A stretch of 64,000 nt of DNA from Eledone cirrhosa (GCA_964016885.1 CAXHJY010001290.1:17389-81388), one strand, 5' to 3'; numbered from the stretch's first letter, positions 12,430 through 26,680 are shown. Numbers and translations are program-made. Notes: generated by a model not told the origin, from the letters alone.

Positions 12430-12965
12430 ATCTTCAATTCATTTGAAAATATATTCTTTTGGGAATTTTGTATAAATTCTATTCAATTCTAATATAGGAC
12501 GTTGTGAGTCGAATTTCTTGGTTGTCTGGTGAGTGTTCTGTCATACTGCCGGTATTGTGTCACTTATAAGAAGACAAGTGTGTGGAACACTCCTAGTTCT
12601 ATTGATATAGTGTCTGCACCTTTAGACGGAGTTCTCTTTCAGTTTTCAGGCGTAACGTGAGAGTTTTGTCGTGATCCTTTTCTCCCGGCAACGGAACGAC
12701 GTCGTATGCTTGTTATAGCGTTCTTTGAACTGCCTTTTCGTAAGTCCGACATGTCACTTAAGACTGATGATGAAGTCTGAACTTGTTGATTTGAATGTTG
12801 CCTCATAGATTATAGTTTTACAGACTCCGTATAACAGGCATGTACCTCTGTTATTACAACAACACCCAGCTAATTTAGGTAGTGAGGGATGGGATTATTA
12901 GTGTTTATGCTTTTGAAGTTGGGCAGTGGAAGGGGAACTGATTTTAAGGTTATGCCCGTTATAAA
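12430..12965 (-). mobile_element. Second decayed Penelope-like GIY-YIG remnant
   Basis: GCCCNNRGTCLLYGVCKTIIYEATF...HVGLTKRQFKERYNKHTTSF...TKLSRYA*KLKEN, with in-frame stops. Confidence 0.82.
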
Positions 12966-13486
12966 GCTGCCTATATATATATATGCAAACTTTGCCCCCA
13001 CAGCTAAAAAATTCGTCCTTCGGCTCTGGTTGCGTAACGACTAGAAACCCACAGTATACTAGGAGCCCCACATCCCATATCCACCTTACATCTGCCACAA
13101 AATCGGTGGTATAACAGAAGGATACTCGCTAGACAGCCAGGAAATTTGACTGGATATCGAATAGAGAGAAAAAAAAACAAAACAATTTTTTCTGTTTCAC
13201 ACCAAAATCTTCTATCAGAATTGGAAAAAGAATATGTTTCTTCCCCTAGTTGCCTCCCTCGTGTCAGATAAAAATATTTGTTCCACTTGATGAAGCATCA
13301 GAAATAAATACACTCCTTCAAACGAGATGAAGATTGACGTCTGATTTGGAATTGATCTGCTGCGATTAAATTCCTAATCTAGAGTCACAAAACTGAGTAT
13401 TCTACCAACATGTATGCTTAATCACTTAGTATTAAATATAATTATATATATATATTACAGAACTTTGCTTTTCTCCCCCTCTCTCT

Positions 13487-13590
<104 letters not shown>

Positions 13591-13595
13591 CATAC

Positions 13596-13887
<292 letters not shown>

Positions 13888-14105
13888 CACACACATAGAC
13901 ATTCACACATACATATATACATACATACATACATACATACATACATAATACATACATACATACATACATACATACATAATGTAAATATAATGTATATATA
14001 ACATATATATAATAATAAATATTGTAGTTTTCGTTGATGTTCACTTTCTGTCTGCCTGTCTCTCTCTTGCCCCCCCTCTCTCTTGCTCCCCCTCTCTCTC
14101 TTGTT

Positions 14106-14154
<49 letters not shown>

Positions 14155-14171
14155 ATCTATGTCTCTTTTTA

Positions 14172-14564
14172 CTATACGTTCTCAGGGACGTGTGTAGCGC
14201 CATATTTAGAACATATCTCCAGTTCTTCCATCTCAATGTCCCGAATGTAACCCATCTGTGTTGACCTTGTTACACTGGAATTGTGACGTTCAAACCTCTT
14301 CCTTCGAACGTATTCTTTGCCTCTGATACACGAACAAAGGGCGTTAAGGAATGCTTCTCTGAAATTTCTTGACATGAATCCGTAAACTACCGGATTGACG
14401 CAACTGTTTGAGTACGCCATCAGGAAAAACGCTTCTCGCATTGGTTTCAAATAACCTATGTTCAATAAAGGCAGATAACCGTAAGCGACAAGTAAGTTGT
14501 TGGTCAAAATCGGAGCCCAGCAAATAATAAAAAGAACTATGACCAATACCAACATTTTGATAAC
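14172..14564 (-). CDS. GPCR coding exon 6 (TM6, TM7, C-tail, stop)
   Basis: Acceptor gaacag|GTT; VIKMLVLVIVLFIICWAP (CWxP)...NSCVNPVVYGFMSRNFR (NPxxY and helix 8)...ENV-stop. Confidence 0.96.
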   Translation of the reverse strand, partial: VIKMLVLVIVLFIICWAPILTNNLLVAYGYLPLLNIGYLKPMREAFFLMAYSNSCVNPVVYGFMSRNFREAFLNALCSCIRGKEYVRRKRFERHNSSVTRSTQMGYIRDIEMEELEICSKYGATHVPENV

Positions 14565-14742
14565 CTGTTCGAAGAGAAGAAGAAAAAAAGAAAGGTTATA
14601 TATTAGTTATAATAATTACTAAAAAAATGTCACATATTTACATTTCTTTACTTTAGTTCGTACTTCTGTACAATCAACATGGCCACCATAATAACGTTGT
14701 TTAGTGGTGACTGCCTTTACACATAGGTAACATGTACATACG

Positions 14743-14814
<72 letters not shown>

Positions 14815-14902
14815 GTTGCACCCTTGCAAGCAGGGAAAAGCGGACGTAAAATGATGATGATGATACATATACATACACACACACACATATATATATACGC
14901 AA

Positions 14903-14984
<82 letters not shown>

Positions 14985-15361
14985 GTATTATGTATATATA
15001 CATATAACGAGAGAAAGAAAACAGACAGATATAGAAATAGAAAATGCGTCGCTAGCTCATCAGCTTCCAGCCATCTGAACGGTTTCGTGCGGTATTGGAA
15101 GGACCGTTAAGTTTAGAATAGCTCGCACAGCAGAACATAAGTATATCCGCTGGTATGACGCGAAAGTAAAACATGTACGTTTGGAGCCATGTTCCATTAA
15201 AGAAACAGTTAGTCTTATCTGAGAGTGGAAGTAGTCGTGCGACCAAAGGGGAAGAGAGAAAAGAGTAGGAGAAGAGTAGGTTAAAAAGTAGTCAGTTACA
15301 GCAAACGCATTCGAAGCCTTCCAGAAACTTTGGATGTAATTGACAACTTTTTTAAAGGTAC

Positions 15362-15473
15362 CTGTTTTCGAGTTTGGTCTTCCTTTGCTGTGTTCTTTTT
15401 CATTTTAATCCGGGATTTATAAAACGGATCTTTTTCTGTATAGTTTGTACTCTGAGAAGGATATGTGTCATTT
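15362..15473 (-). CDS. GPCR coding exon 5 (ICL3), not in ORF track
   Basis: Acceptor atttcag|A completes CAA; NDTYPSQSTNYTEKDPFYKSRIKMKKNTAKEDQTRKQ; 112 nt converts phase 2 to phase 0 as needed to join exons 4 and 6; donor CAG|gtacct. Confidence 0.88.
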
Positions 15474-15624
15474 CTGAAATCATTTCAAATAGTAAAATTT
15501 TAAACGTATGTCTTTAAACCTAGCCTTTTATATACATCTCAATAATTTATACCATTTCTAGACATACATATATCTACATATATATAACCGTACCCACCAG
15601 GAAAAAAAACAAACACCACAGTGA

Positions 15625-15955
15625 AAACAACAACAACAACGATGACAACAACACCGACGACGACGACGTCAACAACAGTGATAACAACAACAACAAAAAT
15701 CAGAACCACAACGACAATGAAAAATAATAACCACAACAACAATGACATCAACAACGCAGACAACAAAAACATCCATAACAACAAATATGACAACAACAAC
15801 AACAACAAGAAAGACGGCGACAACGCTGACAAAAACTATGTCAACATCGACAATGACAACAACAACAACAACGATAAGAACGACAACGAAAATGACAACA
15901 GCAACAACAGCAACGACAACAATAACGAGGACAACAGTGACATCAACACCAACAA
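15625..15955. repeat. Degenerate (AAC/GAC)n tract in intron 4
   Basis: Direct inspection. Confidence 0.9.
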
Positions 15956-16144
15956 ATCCTGTATGACTTTAATCTCTATATAAATTTCTGCGAGTCTATC
16001 ACAACAAGTATAGAGAGAGGAGTAGTTTGGCTACCTCATACTACTCCTCTTTCATTACCTCTGCTGCCTGCGTGAATGTATGTGTGTGTGTGTAAAAGGA
16101 AGGAAGAGGGTGGTGAAAAAACCACGCTGTGTGTGAGTGTAAAT

Positions 16145-16482
16145 GTATGTGTGTATGTTTGTGTGAATGTATGTTTGTATTTGTGTGAATGTATGTGTTT
16201 GTGTGAATGTATGTGTTTGTGTGAATGTATGTATTTGTGTGAATGTATGTCTGTATTTGTGTGAATGTATGTCTGTATTTGTGTGAATGTATGTCTGTAT
16301 TTGTGTGAATGTATGTGTTTGTGTGAATGTATGTTTGTATTTGTGTGAATGTATGTGTTTTTGTGTGAATGTATGTTTATATTTGTGTGAATGTATGTCT
16401 GTATTTGTGTGAATGTATGTCTGTATTTGTGTGAATGTATGTGTTTGTGTGAATGCATGTTTGTATTTGTGAATGTATGTCT
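16145..16482. repeat. 18/24-nt minisatellite (gtgtgaatgtatgtYtgtattt-like)
   Basis: Direct inspection. Confidence 0.9.
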
Positions 16483-16561
16483 GTGAGTGTGTATTTTTGT
16501 AAGCGTGTCTGTGTTTGCACGTTTATACTTATATATTCATACATATAAATGTATGCATATG

Positions 16562-16601
<40 letters not shown>

Positions 16602-16644
16602 TACGCGTCAGCGTATTGAAAAAATTTCTAGTAAACTAACTTAC

Positions 16645-16847
16645 TGTCCGTTTGTCATAGCTGTTCTGTTGTTGCTAACGATCCACAGTTCCTTACAGAT
16701 GCTGGTGTAAGCAAAAGACATGACAGTTACAGGAATAAGCAATATTATTGACATCATATAAAATTCGTATATTTTATCCATTGTTTCTGATGACCACTGT
16801 TCTATGCACCAATAACCCTTTCTGACAGTACCCACTTCTTCGTGGAC
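16645..16847 (-). CDS. GPCR coding exon 4 (ECL2, TM5)
   Basis: Acceptor tttttttcag|GTC; VHEEVGTVRKGYWCIEQW...LLIPVTVMSFAYTSICKELW...TNG; ECL2 Cys; 203 nt; phase-2 donor CA|gtaagt. Confidence 0.95.
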
Positions 16848-17179
16848 CTGAAAAAAAAAATGCAAATTATATAAATACGAGCATAATACCCGTCAAAAAT
16901 GACAATACATTCTATGTAATGATGCTTAAATCATTGATTATCCTTGAAATTCTTCTTCTCACATTGGGATTCATGCTCTGTTGTAATTGTTTTTGTCCGA
17001 AGATGGTAAATATTGGTAAATATGGATGAAAAGATAGATAAATAGATACTGAGATAGATAGATAGATAGATTTCTTTATTAGCCACAAGGGCGCACTAGA
17101 AAAGGGGACAGATAGATAGACAAATAAATAGACAGGCTGTCTCTATTGTTCTGTTGTGTTGTTTTTCTTTTTGTGTTTT

Positions 17180-17259
<80 letters not shown>

Positions 17260-17321
17260 AACACACATACACATATATGTGTGTATATATATATACACAC
17301 ACACACAAACACACATACACA

Positions 17322-17381
<60 letters not shown>

Positions 17382-17778
17382 AACACACATACACATATAT
17401 ATGTATATATATATATATATATATAAATATAAAGGTTAACATATACATAAAGTTATAGATATATACATGTTGCAACTGGTCACTTTTAAGCTCTATGAAG
17501 AATTAATAAATTAAAAAATCAGGGCATTATATCATAAATGATGTCTTTAGAATCATCAGATAATAAAATATATACTATTTCTTCTTCTAATTAGCATAAT
17601 TAACCATATAAAGAATCAATCAGAACAAGCTATAAGAATAAATGCTCTTATGGGGAAATCTCCGACAAATAACCGAACGTAGCCTCTTCGCGGCGGCCTC
17701 AATCGAGTATTTATCCAACATTTCGACAGCATATAGAAACTGACTAAATATACCATCAACCATATATATATATATATA

Positions 17779-18066
17779 AAGTATTTCCGTGGAAAAGGTA
17801 AAGGAAAGAAGAGTGCTCTATGTATAGTACAGAGCTTCTTAATTATGTAATAAACAACGCAATATAATTATTCCATTACTCAAGTTTTCACGAAGTCAGA
17901 CGATTCTAACAGAGGCCATTGAATATGTTCATTAGATAGAAATCTTTATTTGGATATCCAAATAAAGATTTCTATCTGATGAACGGATTCAGACGCCTCT
18001 GATAGAATCGTCTGACTTGTGAAATCTTGAGTAATGGAATAATTATATTAATTATATTATGTTGTT

Positions 18067-18072
<6 letters not shown>
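17779..18072 (-). mobile_element. Inverted-arm element with tail; hammerhead in each diverged arm
   Basis: Arms 17847-17955 and 17956-18072 centred on ggatatcc; tail to the left. Confidence 0.75.
17970..18039 (+). ncRNA. Type I hammerhead ribozyme (weak helix III)
   Basis: ttctat-CTGATGA-..tcagacg/cgtctga..-GAA-AtcttgagT-A-atggaa. Confidence 0.65.
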
Positions 18073-18111
<39 letters not shown>

Positions 18112-18209
18112 AAAGGAACGATCGACTTTCGTCAAAATCGGACCGAGGGAACAATGTTTCCGTTGGTCTTTCCAATTGCTAATACTATCTATCGGTCACA
18201 ACTCCAGGT

Positions 18210-18333
18210 AGAAGGAGCAACGTGAAATAAAGTGTCTTGCTCAAGGACATAACGCATCGCCCGGTCCAGGAATCGAACTCACAACCTTACGATTGCGAAT
18301 CCAATTCTCTAACCACTCAGCCACACGCCTTCA
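18210..18333 (-). mobile_element. Second tRNA-derived SINE family (CORE-like gtccttgagcaagacactt)
   Basis: Box A/B on minus strand; related copies at about 40215-40500 (-) and 58105-58365 (+). Confidence 0.75.
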
Positions 18334-18336
18334 CTA

Positions 18337-18396
<60 letters not shown>

Positions 18397-19894
18397 GTAT
18401 ATATATATATAAGAGAAAAATCAACAAGGAGAAACAATACGGTAGGACAACACAGTAAAATGATGATATTTATTACTCTAACGTAGGAAAAGAGTCTTAA
18501 CGTAGTGATTTCATCGGAATATAGAATGAAAGAAATAGAAAAATAGACGAGTGTAAGAAAGGAAAAAAAAAAAAAAAAAAATACGGGGAAAAACTTTTTT
18601 TTTCAGGAGAAAAATATACTTTGATGTATGTATTATTCATATTTTATTCTATGGGAAATATCGTCAAAACACAAATACTCCTTCACCATCAAAAATACAT
18701 AAAAAATGAACATGGCGTCATTTAGTGCGAAAAGAAAAAGACATAAGAAAACCCAGAAAATATTTGTCTAGTGATGAATGTTTATCAAATCCACACTGAG
18801 TGACCGACTGGCCATGTTAAGGGTCATAACATATATCATGATTTCCATATGACAACTAGAAAGAAGAACAATGTCGGGACAATCAGACATTTTATATTTT
18901 GTTTTAGAAAGCTTAAGTTGAAAACAAAATGAACGAGCGCAGGCTTGTGTGGTAAAACAAGCGTTCTTGATTCAGTCCCACTGCTCGGCACCTTGGGCAA
19001 GTGTCTTCTTCTCATAACAGCCTCGAGTTGAATAATGCGTGTGTGTGTCCATATCCATGTCTATGTTTACGTTTGTGTCTGTGTTTATATCCCGTAACTT
19101 AATGGCTCTACCAAAAAAAAAAAAAAAAAAAAGATTGATAATATAACCATCAAACTTGAAATAATAAATAACGAGGGTCGATATGACTGTAATTGATCAA
19201 ACCACGGCAATGTCCCAACATGGCCGAAGTCTAATTCCGGACACCAGTAAAAAACTAGACGAATAAAAGAGTTATGAAATTAACTTTTGAGCTAATACAG
19301 AAATAAGAATGTTCTGTTTGATACATTTATATGTAAAGAGAAGAACCTATACACACTGGATTTAATCTCAAGTAGTTACTATTATAAGGTGTCAAATGTT
19401 TAAAGTAAGGAGTTAGTACTATAAGGTACAGAAAGGGTTAAGTAATCATATTGATGGTCTCTCCACAACCCCGGCGGACAGAATGGAGAAGGCGTTTCCC
19501 CAGAGGATGGTAAATTAGCATACTTTTTACGACGTCGAGTAAAATGTCTTGTGGTAGTTATTCCGGCTATCTGCGCTCTGAGCTCAAATCCCGTCGAAGC
19601 CAACTTTACATTTCATTCTTTCGGGATCGATAAATAAAATACTAATCCAGTGCAGGGGTCGATTCTTCTTGTTTCTCGTTTTTTTTCTTCTCCTCACCTG
19701 CACCTCCCTCAGGAAGAAATCAGCTGTGCTTAGACCAGGAGAGGGATGGGCTCAATCGCGTTTAAATGACCATGGCGGCGCCCCAGCGATTCCATCAGGA
19801 GTTAAGGTCTCCTGGCATGACATGATATATAGATGGATTGTCTTATATCCAGCCACTTAACATATTTCATGATATGTAGGTGGTTTCCTATTCA

Positions 19895-20211
19895 ATTAAA
19901 GGTTATATAATTGTTTCTACTTTTGGCACAAGGCCAGCAATTATCCCAGTACATTACTGGTACTTTATTTTATCGACCCCGTAAGGATGAAAGGCAAAGT
20001 TAACCTAGGCGGGATTTGAACTCAGAATGGCAAGAGCCGTAACTCTATGCATCAAATCATGGCGTCCAACCCTCTACCGATACTGCCAATTCACCGCCCT
20101 ATACCACATCTCACTACACCACTCTACGAGACACTACACGACACTACATCACCCCTCATTACACCATACTACACCACACTATACCATATTGCATATTAAA
20201 GGTTATATAAT
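19895..20211 (-). mobile_element. SINE with 17-bp TSD and ~95-nt templated 5' extension
   Basis: TSD attaaaggttatataat at 19895-19911 and 20195-20211; 20100-20193 is the reverse complement of about 20919-21017. Confidence 0.85.
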
Positions 20212-21444
20212 AATTGCACATTGGTAAAGATGATGCAAGCAGTTTGATTCAGCATTGAAGAAATGCAAACAATGTATACAAAAGGAAATATTTCGATCAG
20301 GCTCCCTCAGGTTGATTCAAAAAATGGAACGAAGTCTCTATTCATAATTCTTAATGTCAAATACAATTTTAATACAAAGAAGCACACATTTCCGTTTATT
20401 ATTTCTCGTCTCCCCATCTTCTTTCTTTAGTTTATGCGTTTGTCTTGAAATTTACATCCTGTTTTAAATTGGTCTTATTATTCAAGAATTTTCATAGCAA
20501 ATTCTTCTCATGGCATGTTGGTATTTATTAGCAACTTTTCTATTCCTGGTGTCATGGATGTTGTAAATATTTTCAATACAAGAAGGATTTCAAATAAAAC
20601 TACCTCAGCAATTACCATCAATGTCATTTTCCCGCAGCAATATCTTGTTTGTTATTTTTAAAAACATGGTTGTAATTGAAATATTTCACCTTATAATGTG
20701 CCAGCAATTGTTTGTCACAGTACAGCTAATTATGTTTCAAATAATGTTGACGCTAACCTGCTCGATTTGTGTGTAGTGTACAACTGTGTAATGCACACGT
20801 TCACATGTGAGTTCGACGAAACTTAAATACACATATATGCGTACACATGCAAATACACAAACAGGTAGAGGCGTTTCAATGATTAATTCAGGTGACATGA
20901 AAGATAAATTCTGTGTGGTGCAATATGGTATAGTGTGGTGTAGTATGGTGTAATGAGGGGTGGTGTAGTGTCGTGTAGTGTCGCGTAGAGTGGTGTGGTG
21001 TAGTGAGATGTGGTATAGTTTGATTTAGTGTGGAGTAGTGGAATGTAGTATAGCGTATTGTGATGTCATGTAATGTTGTGTGGCGTGATATTATGCCGTA
21101 TGATGTAGTGCGGCGTAGTCTGGTATAACGTGGTGTTGTAATGTCTTTCACTTTATGTGATATCATTAACAAATGAAATCTATTCTTTCTATTTTTTAAG
21201 CTACATAAAATAATTCTTTAATGTTATTTTTAATGCTAATCTATAAATACGATTACAAACGGAAAGGATTACTTTTGAAGAAAGCTAAGCACTTACAGGA
21301 CATCTTTAAAAAGAAAAAAAAATGTACACATATATATTTATATCTTTTGAGAAAATATCAGCAGTTGGAGAGAAAATATCAGCAGTTGGAGAGAAAATAT
21401 CAGCAGTTGGAGAGAAAATATAGTTTGTGTATTAGGTTATAATA

Positions 21445-22490
21445 GTTGTTTTTACTTTTGGCACAAGGCCAGCAATTATCCCAGTGCATTACTGGTACTT
21501 TATTTTATCGACATCATAAGGATGAAAGGTGGGATTTGAACTCAGACCGTAAAGGGCCGTATTCGGTTATAATAATTGTTTCTACTTTTGGCACAAGATC
21601 AGCAATAATTCCAGTGCATTACTGGTATTTTATTTTAATAATAATTTATTTTAATAATAATAATTGTTTCTACTTTTGGCACAAGGCCAGCAAATACCCA
21701 GTGTGTTACTGGTACTTTATTTTATCGACCCCGTAAGGATGAAAGGCAAAGTTAACCTCGGCGGGATTTGAACTCAGATCATAAAGGGACGTAACTCTAT
21801 GCTTCAAAGCACGGTGTCCGACTCTCTACCGATACTGCCAATCAACCGCTTATAATAATGGTTTCTGATTTAGGCATAAGGCCAACAATTTTTGGGGAGG
21901 ACTTAAATCGATCCCAGTGCGATACTGGTACATTATTTTATCGATCCCGTAAGGAGGAAAGGCAAAGCTAACCTCGGCGGAATTTGAACTCAGAACGTAA
22001 AGGGCCGCAAATCTATGCCGCAAAGTATGTTGTCCGACGCTCTACTGATACTACCAATCCACCGTCGCCAAAAATGCTGAATCACTTCGTAATGTGGAAA
22101 GAAAAGCCAGATAGGAGTATGCAAAATTTTATAGCAACATCCATCGGATATTTACTCTATTTATAGTTCTCCCAAATAATAATATTTTTCTCCCCAAACT
22201 ACCAAAAACACACATCTAGTTCTATATGCGCTACAATTTATGTTCATGTTATGTTTATTTCATATCGACGTCTTTTATATCTTGGTTAATATTTGATAAT
22301 TGTTTCTACGTTAGGCACAAGGCCAGCAATTACCCAGTGCATTACTGGTACTTTATTTTATCGACCCCTTAAGGATGAAAGGCAAAGTTAACTTCGGCGG
22401 GATTTGAACTCAGAATGGCAAGGGCCGTAACTCTATACGCCAAAGCATGGCGTCCGACCCTCTCCCAATACTGCCAATCCACCGCCCTAA
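21445..22490 (-). mobile_element. Cluster of five co-oriented major SINE copies or fragments
   Basis: About 21445-21560, 21575-21635, 21663-21850, 21858-22070 and 22300-22490 (last with TSD taatatttgataat). Confidence 0.88.
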
Positions 22491-22724
22491 TATTTGATAA
22501 TAACAGCTAAACTAATCACTACAACTAAATTGACCAAATTTGCCCCTTACCCCCAATTCAGAAATGCTTCCCCAGCCCCTGGAGTAGCGAGACTTCAGTG
22601 ATCAGCCTCTTCAACTCAGCGGTACCAATCAGAATACTAAAATCTAGTGAGAGTTCTTTATCGACTAGTGTGGGGCATTGTGTTAGGCATAGTTGATTAA
22701 CATATTATCTTTACTTTACTGACC

Positions 22725-23036
22725 GTGTGAATGGGCCTTCACTCTACATCAGACTATAGGTGAGGAAGATGAAAGATCAAGGGAGCACCGCCTCTCTGTG
22801 CTTCTGAGGAGAAGGGTTGCACACTTTTTTCGGCGGTGTGTGCGACCCCCCCCCCCCCCAGGCGCCTCCTCCCTATTGAGGATTTTGTTATAAAATTTAT
22901 TTTGTTATATTTTATTTTATTTTTATACTTTTATATTTTGTTATTGCCTCCTCCATATTGAGGACGCCTTTGCATGTAAACTCCCCCCTTTGTACTTGTC
23001 CCACTTTTGATGCCCTGGTGGCAAATAAAAAGAAAG
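22725..23036 (+). mobile_element. 3' end of a LINE (possibly Tx1/L1-like) with 20-bp TSD
   Basis: TSD ttatctttactttactgacc at 22705-22724 and 23037-23056; homologous copy 31855-32154 in (TATC)n ending [19 protein letters not shown]-stop. Clade is tentative. Confidence 0.65.
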
Positions 23037-23745
23037 TTATCTTTACTTTACTGACCTCAATGGGTAGTATAGATGACTAGTATGATTCTTTTATAAAGAT
23101 TCCAACAACCAAATTTACAGAGTTCAGGCCAGTAATCTCTATGTCTTCGACACCGTTTTCTTCTTCCCATGGGCTATGCATGTGTGTACATGTTGGCTAT
23201 CAGTTCCTTTACTAATTACAGGATTCTGGCTTCTTCACATCGTTTCATTTCAGCCTGAATAGCAACACAGCAATATACATACAACACTGAAGTGAGGAAC
23301 CACTCAAAATGGATGGTGACTCTATTTATAGTCTGAACTGGTCCAGGCAATAAAACTCCATATTGATTGGCTGGCCAGTTGATCGTCTGCTGACGTTGAC
23401 CGATCAAGGTAATAGCATGTCTGCACACTACCTCATGGGGGCCAATTACTAGAGAAAAGAACATTCTGAAATTCTCTTGAGATTTCTTCTTTATTCCTAG
23501 GAATATGATCTTCCTGACAATGGCGATGACAACAACAACGACGACAACAACAACGACTTTCTTTATTGGCCACTAAGGTCAAAATACAAAGGACAATACA
23601 ATACTTCTAATGAAAGACATATCTATAATTTGAAAATAATAAAGAATTTGGAGAGGTTTCGTAGAATAACTAACTTCTTTATTATTAAACTGGTATTTAG
23701 AATATAACTCATGGGAGACGTAATTATATTTATTTACACACACAC

Positions 23746-23815
<70 letters not shown>

Positions 23816-23907
23816 GCATTGGTGCTCTGAAATAGCGATGTATTCATGAATGTATGTATATTATATTTGGAAACATACGGTATATTGCCAAATATACTAT
23901 ATTTACA

Positions 23908-23975
<68 letters not shown>

Positions 23976-24311
23976 TAAAGTTGGTGGGGACCATGTATGT
24001 GTATTTATATATTATTATATCTATATATATAGTTGGTGGGACCATGTATGTATATTTGAGTGTGTGTCTGTAAAACATATACATGTACACCAGGTCCGAA
24101 CACAAAGGAACCAAACTCCCACTGTCACCGCCTCCGTCTCTAACGCTCTCCCCATCTCTCACGATTATGATGGCAAATGAGCGCTCAGAGAAGGATTTTA
24201 GTTAAATGCAAACAATTTAAAACAAATAATTTTGTATCATAAAACCGCGAACGGTTTCGAATGGTTTGGTATCGAATGGCTAAAATGCATTGAATATCAA
24301 AATTCACTTAC

Positions 24312-24435
24312 CCGACCAATAATTATTGGAGAAGCCAATAAAAATGATAAAATCCAAATAAAGAAAATTGCTTTTTGGGCTCTGCTTACAGTGCAGACAT
24401 ATTTTGCTTTGATTGGATAGATGATTGCGTAATAC
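24312..24435 (-). CDS. GPCR coding exon 3 (ERY motif, ICL2, TM4)
   Basis: Acceptor tttgtag|G completes AGG (R of ERY); YYAIIYPIKAKYVCTVSRAQKAIFFIWILSFLLASPIIIGR; 124 nt; donor CGG|gtaagt. Confidence 0.95.
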
Positions 24436-25231
24436 CTACAAAGAAAAACAATACAAAATATTTTTAGTAAACGATGAACTACTACAACTGTGTACCATCG
24501 GGTATTACACTTATGGTAAGATCTTTCAATTGTAGAAAACACCACAACTCCGAAGCCGTAGACGAGTGAAAAACAAAACAAAACAAACAAACACCGAAGT
24601 CAACTCTACCTTCATCATTTCGAGGTCGATACAATAAACTACCAGTCAAATCCTGAGGTCGAGTCGATGCGATCGATTTTCGCTCCCCTGTAAAATTGCT
24701 GGCCATGTGAAAAATTAGAAACCGTTGTTAACTTTGCCTTTCATCCTTATGGGGTCGATAAAATAAAGTACCAGTAATGCACTGAGATAATTGTTGGCCT
24801 TGAGCCAAAAGTAGAAACAGTTATTATTGAGAACTTGAACCTTCTTCTCTGACCAGGCCCTTATTAACTTCTTCGTGTACCACATGAAGAAGAAAATAAA
24901 GGAAGGGAGGTAAGTGCTATTTTCTAGTGTATTTTATGAAAAATGGCTGAGGGCAGCGAGATTGACGAATCTGAATAGATTTTCTCTGACTGTGTTTTTC
25001 TAAGACAGAGGAAAGAAACCGGGAGAAGGCAATGCCAATGGCCGTGAAGTGACAAAATTATCCAGGGTTTTGTGTGGGGTTTTCTTTTTGAAATTACCCT
25101 CAAGTACAGTCCTCACCTTTTTGGGGAACTGGTTCTAGTTGATATTTGTTATTGTATTCTATTGTTATGAATATTAAAGAAAAACCAAAAAACATTCTCT
25201 ATTGTTATCCCCTTCTCAGTGTTGTTTTTAT

Positions 25232-25790
25232 CCGTTGTTGCCAACTGCGAAAGAATGTCATCTCGCTACTACCTCCCCATGAGACACGATGGGATAGCTA
25301 GAACCATCTGGAACGCACTTCGGAAAACAAAATTAAAAACAAACGAGGAAGAATATATTGAGACAGATTGCACTAAGGAATACTGGTGGAACCTGAAAAT
25401 AAAAACTGCCACCAAATTAAAGCACAACCGACCTGATATTGTTGTTTGGGACCACACATTGAAAACGTATTCTGTTGTAGAGATCAGCTGCCCACTTGAT
25501 GTAAACGTTGTCAGAAAAATACAGGAGAAGGAGGACATCTACGGACCATTGATAATACACCTTTAGCTTCATACCCATCATTATTGGAGCTACGGGTTAT
25601 ATACCAACCCGCTTGGACCAAAGTATAACTGAACTTGGATTTGCGGACAAAGAGCGCAGCTCCTTAATTCATAGTTTACAAATGGCTGCGATAGCTGGCA
25701 CCTTCAAAGTTTGCGATTCAAGGGATGACAAATTCTTTTCTTTTACAACCTTGTCACCAGGAAGGTGGCCGGTCAAAAATATACTCGAAA
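25232..25790 (+). mobile_element. 3' fragment of an R4/Dong-like non-LTR retrotransposon (restriction-like endonuclease)
   Basis: C...YLPMRHD...WWN...HNRPDIVVWD...EISCP...KIQEKEDIY...FIPIIIGATG; in-frame stop; followed by (TACA)n. Confidence 0.8.
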
Positions 25791-26377
25791 TTAAGAGAAA
25801 GAGAGACATAGATACATGCATACATACATACATACATACATACATACATACATACATACATAGATACATAGATACATAGATACATAGATACATACATACA
25901 TGCATACAAGCATGCATACATACATGCATATGTATGTATACATACATACATACATACATGCATACATACATACATACATACATACATACATACATACATA
26001 CATACATACATACATACATACATACATACATAGATACGCATACGTATAACGTGTGTGGTATGATGTCCATGTCAGCTGAAGGCGACAGAGAAGCTGAATG
26101 TCTACATTAATGACTCACGTGATCTTAAATTAATTATGTATTACAGCCTTCAATATTTACAAGCGTCTTTCAAAAATATTAATGAATTTTCTTTTCACCA
26201 GATTTTCATGATATATTTATATGTATATGTATATATATATGTATATATATATGATATATTTATATGTATATGTATATATATGTATATATATATATGATAT
26301 ATTTATATGTTTGTATATATATATATATATATATGATATATTTATATGTATATATATATGTATATATATATGTATAT

Positions 26378-26593
26378 ATAAATTAATAAAAATAATGAAT
26401 AAAAACAAAGAAACAGTTCCTTATATTAAAATTTGTTTAATATAAGGAACTGTTTCTTTGTTTTTATTCATTATTTTTATTAATTTATCTTGACTCTGTT
26501 TTCCTGTGTTTTTCATTCTCTTTTCATATTTGGATTACATTGAGTTCTTCATACGGATTGGACACTACCGTATATTTTGGTAGATTTATCTAC
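26378..26593 (+). mobile_element. Family E inverted-arm element (short) with tail
   Basis: Perfect 53-bp arms 26378-26430 and 26436-26488; tail homologous to 57407-57541. Confidence 0.8.
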
Positions 26594-26680
26594 ATATATA
26601 TATATTAATATTTACTAGTTGTAACCCAACAATTTAAATATAACTTTCCATATATATATATATATATATATATGTACATA

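Noticed and set aside
15539-15983. Thr/Asn-rich ORFs
   Set aside because: Intronic (AAC)n tract with no domain or splice support.
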